Positions 1 to 9,263 of a stretch of 64,000 nucleotides of DNA are shown here, one piece after another. Each line of letters opens with the position of its first letter. Within the stretch, counting starts at the first letter, position 1. The position numbers and the translations under genes are program-made. The notes beneath the pieces are model-generated. The model ran no database searches. It saw nothing but the letters and a program-made list of their open reading frames with translations, and had not been told where the DNA came from. The stretch is from a virus. Location of the stretch: positions 45,828 through 109,827 of IMG/VR virus record IMGVR_UViG_3300042564_002372; one strand, written 5' to 3'.

Positions 1-3000
1 CACTGGCTTGATATTCTTGATAAGCCTTCTTCATCTTTGCAAGAAGTGCTTCTTTGAACATCAATTCATTTGCATCTGATTTTAAAAATTCTTTTAGTGA
101 TTTTATCTCATCTAAAAGTTTATTCAACTTCTCCTCATTAGGAGAAATGTCCATATCCTCCGCTTCAGCAATGAGTCGTTCTAACTCACGTAAGTCTGAA
201 ATGAAATTTGGTTTTAGTTTTAAGAAGTTTGGATTATTTTTTAGGAATTCATTGAACTCCACTCCCATGATTGTTGGAGCCTTTGGATAGTTTGATTCAA
301 ACTGATCAACAAGGTTTCTCAAGAAGCCTATTGCAGAATCAAGAGTGTCTTCAATCTGATTTGCAAGTTTTGTTAGTGCACCAATCTGCTTACCATTTTC
401 TTCTATTGATTCTTTAAGAAGTTCTGTTTCAAACTCCAACTGATCAATAATAGATTTTGAATCCCCAGAAAGTTCTGAGACGTTTTGAACTGCATCTTGC
501 AAGTATGCAAGAAGTAATTCACCATCTTCCTTCTGAGCTTCGAGGTCAGCAATCTCTTGCAATAAATCTTCTTTAGCTCTTGACAAACGCATTGCTGCAT
601 CAAGAGCCTTTCTTACAGAAGACTTTAATTTTGTACCCTTCTTAGCTCTAGCATCATCTCCACCCTTCTCAATGGTCTTGTTGATTTTCTCAAGCTCTTC
701 TTCAATAGTTAAAACATCAGCTCTTTTCTGCTTAATTGTTTTTTCTAACTCAGCTTGTTTCTCAATAACCTCATTGTGGTAATCATTGATGAGTTCTGCT
801 CTAGCATCTTGGACATTAAGATCATAAAGTTTAGGAGCAGCTTCTGTTGCCTTCTTTTCTTTTGATCTTTTAATTTGCTCTTTCTCTGTAGCAGTTAGTT
901 CTCTGCCAAGAGAGAATATTCCTTTTTCAAATCCAGGTTTTGCTTCAAATGATTTTAAATCAATTGGTATTGATTTTACAACTCTTTTACCTTTCTTACT
1001 CTTGGTAACATAAGTAAACATGAGTTGATTTTTATCACTATCAAACTCAAGTCTTCCTTTTTTAATACCACCCTTATTTTTACCTGCATTCCATTCTACA
1101 ATGGTGTTAACATTATTCATGAAGAATGCAGCTATTGGATTATTCGCAACTGCTGAAACTTTTCCTAGTTTGTAATCCTGTAGCAATTCAGGATTAATAT
1201 CTCTTTCTCCTTTGTTATCTCTGATTCTAATTGTACCATCTGGATTTTGTCCAAGAATAGTAAGCTTTGGAAAACGATAAACTTCGTTTCCATTTGAATC
1301 ATATTCTACAACTTTACCAAGAAAGTATTCTTCGCCTATTTGAAAATTTTTCTCACCATCTTTAGTTACAATCTTTACTCTCTCGCCAATCTTCTCTTCA
1401 GGAATAACTGTATTTGGTTCTTTCTTCTTTGGTGTGAATTTCTCAGGAACAGATTTCATCTCAGAGTATTCATCAAGAAACTTCTTTCTCTTCATACCCA
1501 TTTCAACAAGCTCAAATAGATCTTGAGTTAACTCATCCTCATTGATTGAACCTTTTGCTTTAATCTCTGATACAACTTTCTCAACAGCCTCAGTGTTAGG
1601 AACTCCATTCAACAATACATCATTGAATAGCTCAGCAGTGTTTACACCAGCAGTTATTAACTTATTGTTTAGGCTAGGTATTCTATTATCGTAATCAAAT
1701 ACTTTAGAAGCAGCATAGGTGAGTTTGTCAATTACAGCATCACTGTAAACACGATCACCCTTATCATCAACAACACCTTTATACTTTAAGCTAATATCCT
1801 GATAAGCTTTATCAATATACTGTGCTTGACTTTCAATAACTCGAAGTCTATTCAAGAATGATTGTCTAGTATCAGTTTGATATGCATATCCTTCTTGTTG
1901 CAATTGCAAAAATCCTTCTTCTGTATTAGCAAGAGCTCTAAGTTCTTCAAGCTCAAGATTAACAAATTCTGTAGATGTGTACTTAGCACGATTTAATATT
2001 GTGCCAAAAAGAAAATCAAACTCAAGATCTTTTGATCCTGATACATCTCCTTGTGCAATCTTTTGTGCTCTTTCTTGTTGAATTGCTTCAGCAGCATTTA
2101 TAACTTTTGAAGAATCTTTAAGCTTATCTTTAATTAAAGAGTTATTGAATATAGTGACTGCTTCATCTCTAAGCTTTTTTTGCTGACCACCATATCCATC
2201 AAACCCTCTTTCTCTAAGAGAACCAGTCATACCAAGTGTTGGTATTCCAGATGTCATGATTGCTCCAGACACACCACCAATAAATAGGTTTAGTAAACCT
2301 TCATCATCAGTTAATGCTTCTCTAGCACCATTGAAAAATAAATCATTTAGAATAGAAGCATCTCCTGTCTCATCAAGTTTTGAGAAGTAGTTCTCTGTAC
2401 CAACTTGTGCAGCATATTGCGAAGCTTCTTCAAGTGCTTCAGTTGTATTAAATGCTAACCCAGCAATGTTTCTGGCTTTGTATAAAGTTTTAGCTAATCC
2501 TTTTTCAGGAAGTGCTGAGATATACTTCCCTTGTTTAAACATTACATTGTTAATAACATTCTTTTCTCCCTTAAATGTAGAAGAGAATATTTTAGGAAGT
2601 TGTATAAAGTTAGAGGCTGATAGTAATCCAATGTTTAGTCCATAAACTGTTTTACCAGCTCTTTCTGCAAGATTATCAATTTCTTTTAAATCTTCTCCCT
2701 GTGGGACATATCCATTGTTAGCAATGTATTTGTCAATCAATGATTGTCTGAATTCCTGAGAAGCGTTAAGAGCTTCTATACCAGCTTCACCAGCAGCACC
2801 AAATGTTGCTACAATACCTCTTTCAGCTCCCATCAATGCTCTACCAGCAGCAACTCTAGCGGATGCTCCTAGCCCATTTAATGCAGAGTTTATAGCTGAA
2901 AGTCTTTGTACTTGTGGAAGAGCATTAGCAGAGCCAACAGCAGCGTCAGCAGCAGCAGCCATAGTTCTTCCTTGTGCAACAAGTCTAGATGTTAGACCAA

Positions 3001-3610
3001 TTGCTCTAAAAGCACCAGACCATGCAAAACCACCTGCAAGAGCACCTGCTGCAAATCCAAGATTTTTAATAATGTTATCAGCTAAAAAGTTAGCTGTAAA
3101 TAAATTATCTGGTTCCCACCAGTTACCTTCTCTTTCTCTTTGAGTTTTGTAATTAGCAAAAGTGGTTTCTAGATATTCATTATTGAAATCATTCAATTCC
3201 CTGCTTACTGGATTATCAAACATTGCTTTGAACTCTCCAGTCTTTGCCCACTCACCCACTCCATATACTAAACCAGCTGTACCATTTACAAATGTTGAAC
3301 CAGCAATACCAACAAACTTAGCAACACCGTTACCAAGTTTTTCTAAAGCTCCTTGCCCTCTTGCATACAATTCCTCATTATCCAATGTGGCATACACCTT
3401 TGGATATTTTCCAGATAGGTCTAAGTTTCTTGTATTAACGTATGAGAAAGTTTGTCCTTGTTGAGGAGTGCTTTCGTTCATAAGTTTATAGAAAGTATCT
3501 ACTGCACTTTCAGACTTACCACCTGTGCCTGGGCTTTGAGGAGTTTTTACAAGATTCAGAGGCTCAACCCCCAAATTTACTGGTCCAAATATTCCTACTT
3601 CTTCTTCCAT
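1..3610 (-). CDS. Giant virion (ejection/cargo) protein, N-terminal ~1200 aa, truncated by the window edge
   Basis: Absent from the ORF track, consistent with a frame running off the window edge. ATG at 3610 overlaps the upstream TAA (TAATG). Reads MEEEVGIFGPVNLG...ARGQGALEKLGNGVAKFVGIAGSTF...NIIKNLGFAAGALAGGFAW, with Gly/Ala hydrophobic segments. Position matches the giant ejected proteins of crAss-like phages. Confidence 0.8.
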   Translation of the reverse strand, partial: MEEEVGIFGPVNLGVEPLNLVKTPQSPGTGGKSESAVDTFYKLMNESTPQQGQTFSYVNTRNLDLSGKYPKVYATLDNEELYARGQGALEKLGNGVAKFVGIAGSTFVNGTAGLVYGVGEWAKTGEFKAMFDNPVSRELNDFNNEYLETTFANYKTQREREGNWWEPDNLFTANFLADNIIKNLGFAAGALAGGFAWSGAFRAIGLTSRLVAQGRTMAAAADAAVGSANALPQVQRLSAINSALNGLGASARVAAGRALMGAERGIVATFGAAGEAGIEALNASQEFRQSLIDKYIANNGYVPQGEDLKEIDNLAERAGKTVYGLNIGLLSASNFIQLPKIFSSTFKGEKNVINNVMFKQGKYISALPEKGLAKTLYKARNIAGLAFNTTEALEEASQYAAQVGTENYFSKLDETGDASILNDLFFNGAREALTDDEGLLNLFIGGVSGAIMTSGIPTLGMTGSLRERGFDGYGGQQKKLRDEAVTIFNNSLIKDKLKDSSKVINAAEAIQQERAQKIAQGDVSGSKDLEFDFLFGTILNRAKYTSTEFVNLELEELRALANTEEGFLQLQQEGYAYQTDTRQSFLNRLRVIESQAQYIDKAYQDISLKYKGVVDDKGDRVYSDAVIDKLTYAASKVFDYDNRIPSLNNKLITAGVNTAELFNDVLLNGVPNTEAVEKVVSEIKAKGSINEDELTQDLFELVEMGMKRKKFLDEYSEMKSVPEKFTPKKKEPNTVIPEEKIGERVKIVTKDGEKNFQIGEEYFLGKVVEYDSNGNEVYRFPKLTILGQNPDGTIRIRDNKGERDINPELLQDYKLGKVSAVANNPIAAFFMNNVNTIVEWNAGKNKGGIKKGRLEFDSDKNQLMFTYVTKSKKGKRVVKSIPIDLKSFEAKPGFEKGIFSLGRELTATEKEQIKRSKEKKATEAAPKLYDLNVQDARAELINDYHNEVIEKQAELEKTIKQKRADVLTIEEELEKINKTIEKGGDDARAKKGTKLKSSVRKALDAAMRLSRAKEDLLQEIADLEAQKEDGELLLAYLQDAVQNVSELSGDSKSIIDQLEFETELLKESIEENGKQIGALTKLANQIEDTLDSAIGFLRNLVDQFESNYPKAPTIMGVEFNEFLKNNPNFLKLKPNFISDLRELERLIAEAEDMDISPNEEKLNKLLDEIKSLKEFLKSDANELMFKEALLAKMKKAYQEYQAS

Positions 3611-6300
3611 TAATATATTGGGAAATTAGTGGTTTCTTTAATAAAGGCTGCGGTTACACCATTGCTGAAGCTTTCCAACTGTGGATTTATTTGCCCATTA
3701 ATTTGTTTTGGTAAAGCAACATCTCCTATCAAAAATGATTTTCTCAAGGTGTTTGTATTTTTATCAAATATATAAATTCTTGGGTAAACTACATTTGGAT
3801 TTGCCACATCTTCTTCCAAATCTCCCATTAATGAATAGTTATCACTACTGAAATTAGAAAAGTCTTGAGTCTTGAAGTATGCAGTTGTAGGCTCACCTGG
3901 CTTACTTAAGTTTGTTGTGCCACGTGCATTTAATAAATCAAATGCATTTTTCAAGTTTGGATTTGCTGGAGGTTCATATCCAGTTAAGAATTTATAATCA
4001 TTTCTTTCAATTGGAACATCATAAACTTCACCATCTTTACCAGTAATTTGTAATATATAAGTTGATGGAGATTGTAAGGTTGTTCCAGGTTGAGTTAATA
4101 TACTTGCACCAAAATCTTCTCCTAAAACAACGGATGACAAATTCTGATACATTTCTGGGTCAGTTCCTCTAAACTTCCCAAGTACAGTTATGAAATTATT
4201 TTTATAGTCTTCAGTCTTTAAATCACCTTTGGAAATAGTTGCAATCTTTCCCATTGGAACAGCTCCATTATTTTGATAAGCTTGTGCTACAAACTTATCA
4301 ATATTTTTTTGGTCAGCATCTTTAAAAGATTTTGAAATTTGGAACATGAGTGTAGAAGGAAGTTCTGTCTGCAAACCAACTGTTGTTGATTTTCTAGGAT
4401 ACAAAACCTTCTCTATCTCTCTCATTTTTTGTTCTCCAAATTTAGAACTTAATCTAATTTGTGCCTGATTCCTAAGCATTTCCTGATTTTTATCAACCGT
4501 AAGGCTTCCAAAAAAATTATACATTTCTGGATGAAGATTAACATAATCAATGAGATCTTTTTGAGAAAGATTCACTGACTCCCCACTTGCTAATTTTATA
4601 GATTCAGGTTTAACAGAAGCTACAGCTTTATTGTAGGCTTCAACATCGACTCCTTGTAGAACAGCCATTTGTTTGGCATCTTCTTGAGCCTTGTTCATTA
4701 TTGATCTTTTAGCCTCTAAGCTTTTTGCAATAGCATCTTGAGCACCAATTAAACTGTGTAAAGTTACTGGGACCTTTTCAGGATTTGTTCTGTAAAGAGT
4801 TATTAATGATGATGCCATTATTTGAGCAGTATCATTAATCTCTCCAGAATTTGGATTATTTGTTTTACCACGATAGGCAGCTGCATCAGAAAGTTTTTTC
4901 AATAGCTCTTCCTCAGTGTCTCCTGGGTTTGCCATTCTCAATGTTTCTAATGCAAGTTTATTATTTACACTATTAAATTGTGAAGCCAATTCTGAATACT
5001 CACCTTCAACCATAGCTCTAATTGCACTAGGATCAGCATCAATTGGTGCATCAACTCCTCCACCTTGAAAGTATGCTTGCTGAGCTCTAATCTTCTCCAT
5101 CTCAGCATTATGCTTTTCTTGCTCTCGTCTATCTGAAGCGAGTTTTAAAGCATAATCAGCTTGCCATTGTCTCTGTCCTTGTTCAAACTTATTGATCTCC
5201 ATGCCTACAGTGAACCAAGGATTAACAGAATACTTTCTAGAAACTTCTTTACTAGAAAGAACTTCAGACATAGAGGAGAGATAATTATCTCTATATATCA
5301 TTCCTTTAACAGCCTCAGGATTTCTAGCAACTGCTGCTAGACTTTCTGATTTTGATTCTTCAAGTTCACGATTCAATCCTTCAAAATAACTAATCTCATC
5401 ACTTATTGATTTAATTAGATCTGCATCATATTCTTTAGTCTTGGCTTTGTTTTGTTGTTCAGCTAAACTAATTTTTAAGAACTCAATTTTGCCATTATTA
5501 AACTTTATATTTTTATCAGCTGAGCTTGTAGCAATCACTCCAAGTTGTTCAGGAGTAACATCTCTAAAATTATATCTACCTTCAATAGAAAGTTGTTCAT
5601 AGTCAGCTGGTGTTAAAGCACTTTTGAAAGCATTTAATATTTTTGAAGCATCTTTACCTCTCAAGGTTTCCTCAACCATAACATTATTTATTATGGGGTT
5701 TCCTTTTTCATCTCTTAGATATCTTCCTTGCTCATCTGTTTTAAAAAGATTTGGAACAGTCTTCTCATCAATGCCCACTTCTTTTGCAATGTCTTTAATC
5801 TTTCCCCAAACATCAACAGGAGTTGTATAGTAGCCAGTATAACTAGCTCCTACAGTTGGATTATTAAACCACTCTTGATCTGTTAGATTAAATAAATAAT
5901 TGTTTGCAGGATTGTATTTTCCAGCATCAATATCTTTTTGAATTTTTTCTTGTACAGCTTTTCTCTGAGCTGTTGATTGAACAGCTGAAATAATATCAGG
6001 ATCTTTCGCAACACTACCAGCCATTCCTGCTACAGAATTAACCAACTGATAATTAGAGAAGTCAGCAGCTGCAACAGTCTTTAACTTAGAGCCAAGATCA
6101 TTAAGTTTAGATTGTAGGTATTGCTTATCCTGAGGTCTAGCAATACTAAGCCCTGCAACTTGATCTATCTGAGATTGGATTCTTTGTAACCCTTGGTCGT
6201 AACGCTGTTGCTTCTCCATACCAACAGCAACCATAGCCTCAACAGGAAGCTGTTGAATGTATGGATTAAACTGAGGTATTACATCTGTGAATGAAGCCAT
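3610..6300 (-). CDS. Putative internal virion/ejection protein (896 aa)
   Basis: Helical Q/E/K-rich protein starting FNPYIQQLPVEAM...KQQRYD; lies in the cargo cluster after the tail genes. Confidence 0.6.
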   Translation of the reverse strand: MASFTDVIPQFNPYIQQLPVEAMVAVGMEKQQRYDQGLQRIQSQIDQVAGLSIARPQDKQYLQSKLNDLGSKLKTVAAADFSNYQLVNSVAGMAGSVAKDPDIISAVQSTAQRKAVQEKIQKDIDAGKYNPANNYLFNLTDQEWFNNPTVGASYTGYYTTPVDVWGKIKDIAKEVGIDEKTVPNLFKTDEQGRYLRDEKGNPIINNVMVEETLRGKDASKILNAFKSALTPADYEQLSIEGRYNFRDVTPEQLGVIATSSADKNIKFNNGKIEFLKISLAEQQNKAKTKEYDADLIKSISDEISYFEGLNRELEESKSESLAAVARNPEAVKGMIYRDNYLSSMSEVLSSKEVSRKYSVNPWFTVGMEINKFEQGQRQWQADYALKLASDRREQEKHNAEMEKIRAQQAYFQGGGVDAPIDADPSAIRAMVEGEYSELASQFNSVNNKLALETLRMANPGDTEEELLKKLSDAAAYRGKTNNPNSGEINDTAQIMASSLITLYRTNPEKVPVTLHSLIGAQDAIAKSLEAKRSIMNKAQEDAKQMAVLQGVDVEAYNKAVASVKPESIKLASGESVNLSQKDLIDYVNLHPEMYNFFGSLTVDKNQEMLRNQAQIRLSSKFGEQKMREIEKVLYPRKSTTVGLQTELPSTLMFQISKSFKDADQKNIDKFVAQAYQNNGAVPMGKIATISKGDLKTEDYKNNFITVLGKFRGTDPEMYQNLSSVVLGEDFGASILTQPGTTLQSPSTYILQITGKDGEVYDVPIERNDYKFLTGYEPPANPNLKNAFDLLNARGTTNLSKPGEPTTAYFKTQDFSNFSSDNYSLMGDLEEDVANPNVVYPRIYIFDKNTNTLRKSFLIGDVALPKQINGQINPQLESFSNGVTAAFIKETTNFPIY

Positions 6301-6316
6301 ATTATTATTGTTTTAT

Positions 6317-6324
6317 CAAATTTA
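6317..6324 (-). promoter_or_regulatory. Possible Bacteroidota-type -7 promoter element (TAAATTTG)
   Basis: Matches TAnnTTTG in the intergenic gap, 17 nt before the ATG at 6300; no -33 element confirmed. Confidence 0.4.
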
Positions 6325-6340
6325 GTAGTAATAGTCCAGA

Positions 6341-9262
6341 TTACATGGATTTAATTGCCTTGACAAGAGCTCCGTTTTTACCTGTAGTCATCTTCTTCTG
6401 TTTTTCCTGAGCAACTTCCATTTGCTTTGCATACAATTCAATTTCCTTTGGAGTCATGTTTCCAAATGGTGTACCAGAATATCCTGATCCTTCTAAGTTA
6501 AACTGGGCAAGAGGATTCATATTCATTGCTCTGAAGCGTGGATCAAATCTGTAATTGTAAAGGTTTTCGTATGTTTGAAGGGTTCTGTTCTCAGCCTGGT
6601 TCTGTAGATATTTAGCAGAGATAGAATTGAGAGCAGCTTGAGTAATGGCCTTTGTATTAGAAAGAGCTTGTTGTTGTCTTCCGTATTGTTGATCAAGAAT
6701 TTGTAAATTTCCTAGACCAAAATCATTTAACATTTTTCTGTTATCAGCATACACTTGATTCTTCATAGCCTGATTTAACTTAAACTGCTCACCAAGAACT
6801 TTTTGATTGGCTGCATATTTCTGTGCATTCAACGCAGCTAATGCAGCTGGATTAAATCCAATCAATCTTTGAGCAGCTCTATAATCAGCTTGGTTTTGAT
6901 TAATATTCTCCTGTAGAGAAATATCAAACGGAACAGTTAGCTGTGGCTGTAAAGTTTGTGCTTGTACAGGCTCTAATTGATTTTGAGCAAGAGCTAGCAT
7001 CTCTCCAGATAGCTGACGTGGATCAAGAGCTTCTGCATCAGTTGGTCTAACATAAGGAAGAACTTGATTAACTATATTCATCCAATTAAATTTTTCTTCA
7101 GCAGCGGGCTTAGGTCTCTGTTTAATTCCTGCCTTATCAACACTTTCAGGAACTTTAATTTCTAAACTTCCTGGTCCTCTTTGCATTTCTCTTTTACCAA
7201 GTACATTAACTCCTGGTAAATTAATGTATTCTGGATAAGTCTGTAGTTGATTTTCTAACATGTATCTAACTCCAGGTTCCAATGCTAAAGCATTTCTGTA
7301 TATTTTATCGCTAATGTCTTCACCGCCTTGAGCTTTCTTAACCGAAGCTCCTTTCTTAGCCTTTTTCACTTTACCCTGTGCTAAATCATCAGCTACAAGA
7401 TTGTATTCTTCAGCAGTGTCATTAATAGCAGATTGTAGATTAGCTAGTTTTATTTTCTCATCAGCAATAGTCTTGAGCGTTTGATTTCCTCCATACGCAT
7501 TTGCTTTCAATGATTCGAAAGTGAGTAGGTCGTATGGACTAGTAACATTTAAGTTGTCAAGTTCTGTAACAGACTTATCGATAAGTTTATTTTGTTTCTG
7601 CTCAGTTTTAGATAGGTCAGCAACATAGTTTTTAAACTTCTTACCTGCTGCTTTAGGAATACCAATCATCTCAGCACCAAACTTTGGAACTTTTAAGTTA
7701 CCAAATACTGTAAGACTAGTATTTCCTGTACCATCTTTTAATTTAACAGCAGGTTCTTCTCCTTCCACTTCAACACTTGCTTTTCCAGTAGCAGCATCTG
7801 TACCGTATTCTGCATAATCTGTATAACTATCGTTTCCTGTATCACCAAAAGAAGCACCTATTCCAGTTCTTCCCTTTCCATCAGACTCATCATGAGAATT
7901 ACCTTTAAACATTACAGTTTCTCCTCCTTCAGGAAGATGATGATTATATGAAATAGGTTCTGCATATCCACCCCAATGAGTTTTAAGATCACCACCCATA
8001 GCAAATTTATCTCTTCCTGTATACATTGCACGTTCGCTAGGAGGGGTGTAACTTTTTAAATGTCCACCTGCACGTAGTGTATCCATTGTTGGATCTGGAG
8101 CAAACAATCTAGTTAATGGTATACCTTCAAGTTCTGTTGCCACCTGTGGATTTGCAATACCACCATCTCTCATATAAGAGTAGTTTTGTTGTTGCAGTCC
8201 TTGAGTGCCTTGATCAAAAGCCATCTGCTCAATGTTACTTTGAGTTTTTCTATTAGCAGCTTCTGTTTTTCTAACATTTCCGCTGCCTACAAGATTACCA
8301 AGAGTCTGACCAGCAAACTTTCCAATCATACCTCCAACTGGACCACCAAGCAATGTACCTGCTACACTTCCAATTCCAGCACCTACTTTTCCAGCACCAG
8401 TAACGCCATATCCTTTTGGACTTCCGAGTCCAGCAGTGAGTTGAGAAAGAGCATCTCCTCCTCCCTGTTCTTGAAACTTAAAGATGTCAGTTTTTTGACC
8501 AGACGAATTCATTTTCAAAAAATCAGGATTGGTTTTGAAGTTTGAAAACATACCACCATCAGCAGCTTCTTCCAAGTCTGTGTAAATAGTGTTAGGAGCA
8601 AATGTGTTTGCTATCTCTGTACCATTCTTTGCAACAGTGGTTCCTACGCCATAGATGGGAAAGAACTCTCCTCCTGTATTAATATTATCTTCTGGACGTA
8701 CATATTTTCTTTGAACTTGCTCAGGACGTGTCATAGAAGCTTTACGAGCAACACCACTAACTTCAGCCATTTGCTGTGCTTGTTGGCGCATGTCTTTTTC
8801 TTCGCCCATTTGTTGGATACCACTAACTACGTCACCAGCTGCTTGAGCAACAGCCATTGGTCCACCAGCTTTACCAACACCCTTACCAATTTTTCCAAAC
8901 ATGTCAGCCATGCCTGATTTACCCATTGGCATTGTCTCATCACCAAAAAGAGCCTTCTTCAACTTCTTGCCATTCTTAGCACCTTTCTGTTGTGAAGCAA
9001 GTTGTGCCATTTTTAAAGCTTCCTCATCACGCATATCTTGTGTTGAGCCAGTGATGAACATATCATTCTGGTCATACAACTGTTGAAAGTTGATTGGTTG
9101 AGGATTAAACTGAAGAGATGTATTTCCTTGAATCATAGCTCCCATCTGAGCTTTCTTCAAAGCTTTCCCATGAACCTTCATAAAAGATTCTTCTGTAGGG
9201 AATTTTTTGTAAAATTCTTTCTCAGACTTAACACCTGCTATCTTTAAAATTTCAGCCTTCAT
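6341..9262 (-). CDS. Putative internal virion cargo protein (973 aa) with glycine zipper and repeated A-x-x-G(G) linkers
   Basis: Gly zipper GAGIGSVAGTLLGGPVGGMIGKFAG; GNSHDES and EVEGEEP motifs; about 10 AQMG/AKNG/ADGG/AMGG/AQGG-type motifs; Q/N-rich C-terminus. Confidence 0.6.
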   Translation of the reverse strand: MKAEILKIAGVKSEKEFYKKFPTEESFMKVHGKALKKAQMGAMIQGNTSLQFNPQPINFQQLYDQNDMFITGSTQDMRDEEALKMAQLASQQKGAKNGKKLKKALFGDETMPMGKSGMADMFGKIGKGVGKAGGPMAVAQAAGDVVSGIQQMGEEKDMRQQAQQMAEVSGVARKASMTRPEQVQRKYVRPEDNINTGGEFFPIYGVGTTVAKNGTEIANTFAPNTIYTDLEEAADGGMFSNFKTNPDFLKMNSSGQKTDIFKFQEQGGGDALSQLTAGLGSPKGYGVTGAGKVGAGIGSVAGTLLGGPVGGMIGKFAGQTLGNLVGSGNVRKTEAANRKTQSNIEQMAFDQGTQGLQQQNYSYMRDGGIANPQVATELEGIPLTRLFAPDPTMDTLRAGGHLKSYTPPSERAMYTGRDKFAMGGDLKTHWGGYAEPISYNHHLPEGGETVMFKGNSHDESDGKGRTGIGASFGDTGNDSYTDYAEYGTDAATGKASVEVEGEEPAVKLKDGTGNTSLTVFGNLKVPKFGAEMIGIPKAAGKKFKNYVADLSKTEQKQNKLIDKSVTELDNLNVTSPYDLLTFESLKANAYGGNQTLKTIADEKIKLANLQSAINDTAEEYNLVADDLAQGKVKKAKKGASVKKAQGGEDISDKIYRNALALEPGVRYMLENQLQTYPEYINLPGVNVLGKREMQRGPGSLEIKVPESVDKAGIKQRPKPAAEEKFNWMNIVNQVLPYVRPTDAEALDPRQLSGEMLALAQNQLEPVQAQTLQPQLTVPFDISLQENINQNQADYRAAQRLIGFNPAALAALNAQKYAANQKVLGEQFKLNQAMKNQVYADNRKMLNDFGLGNLQILDQQYGRQQQALSNTKAITQAALNSISAKYLQNQAENRTLQTYENLYNYRFDPRFRAMNMNPLAQFNLEGSGYSGTPFGNMTPKEIELYAKQMEVAQEKQKKMTTGKNGALVKAIKSM

Positions 9263-9263
9263 A

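Noticed and set aside
54-3464. Short ORFs 54-290, 403-603 and 3162-3464
   Set aside because: They lie within or antisense to the giant minus-strand gene.
1-3610. Virion RNA polymerase catalytic subunit
   Set aside because: I did not find the DxDxD catalytic motif in the visible part; it may lie beyond the window edge.
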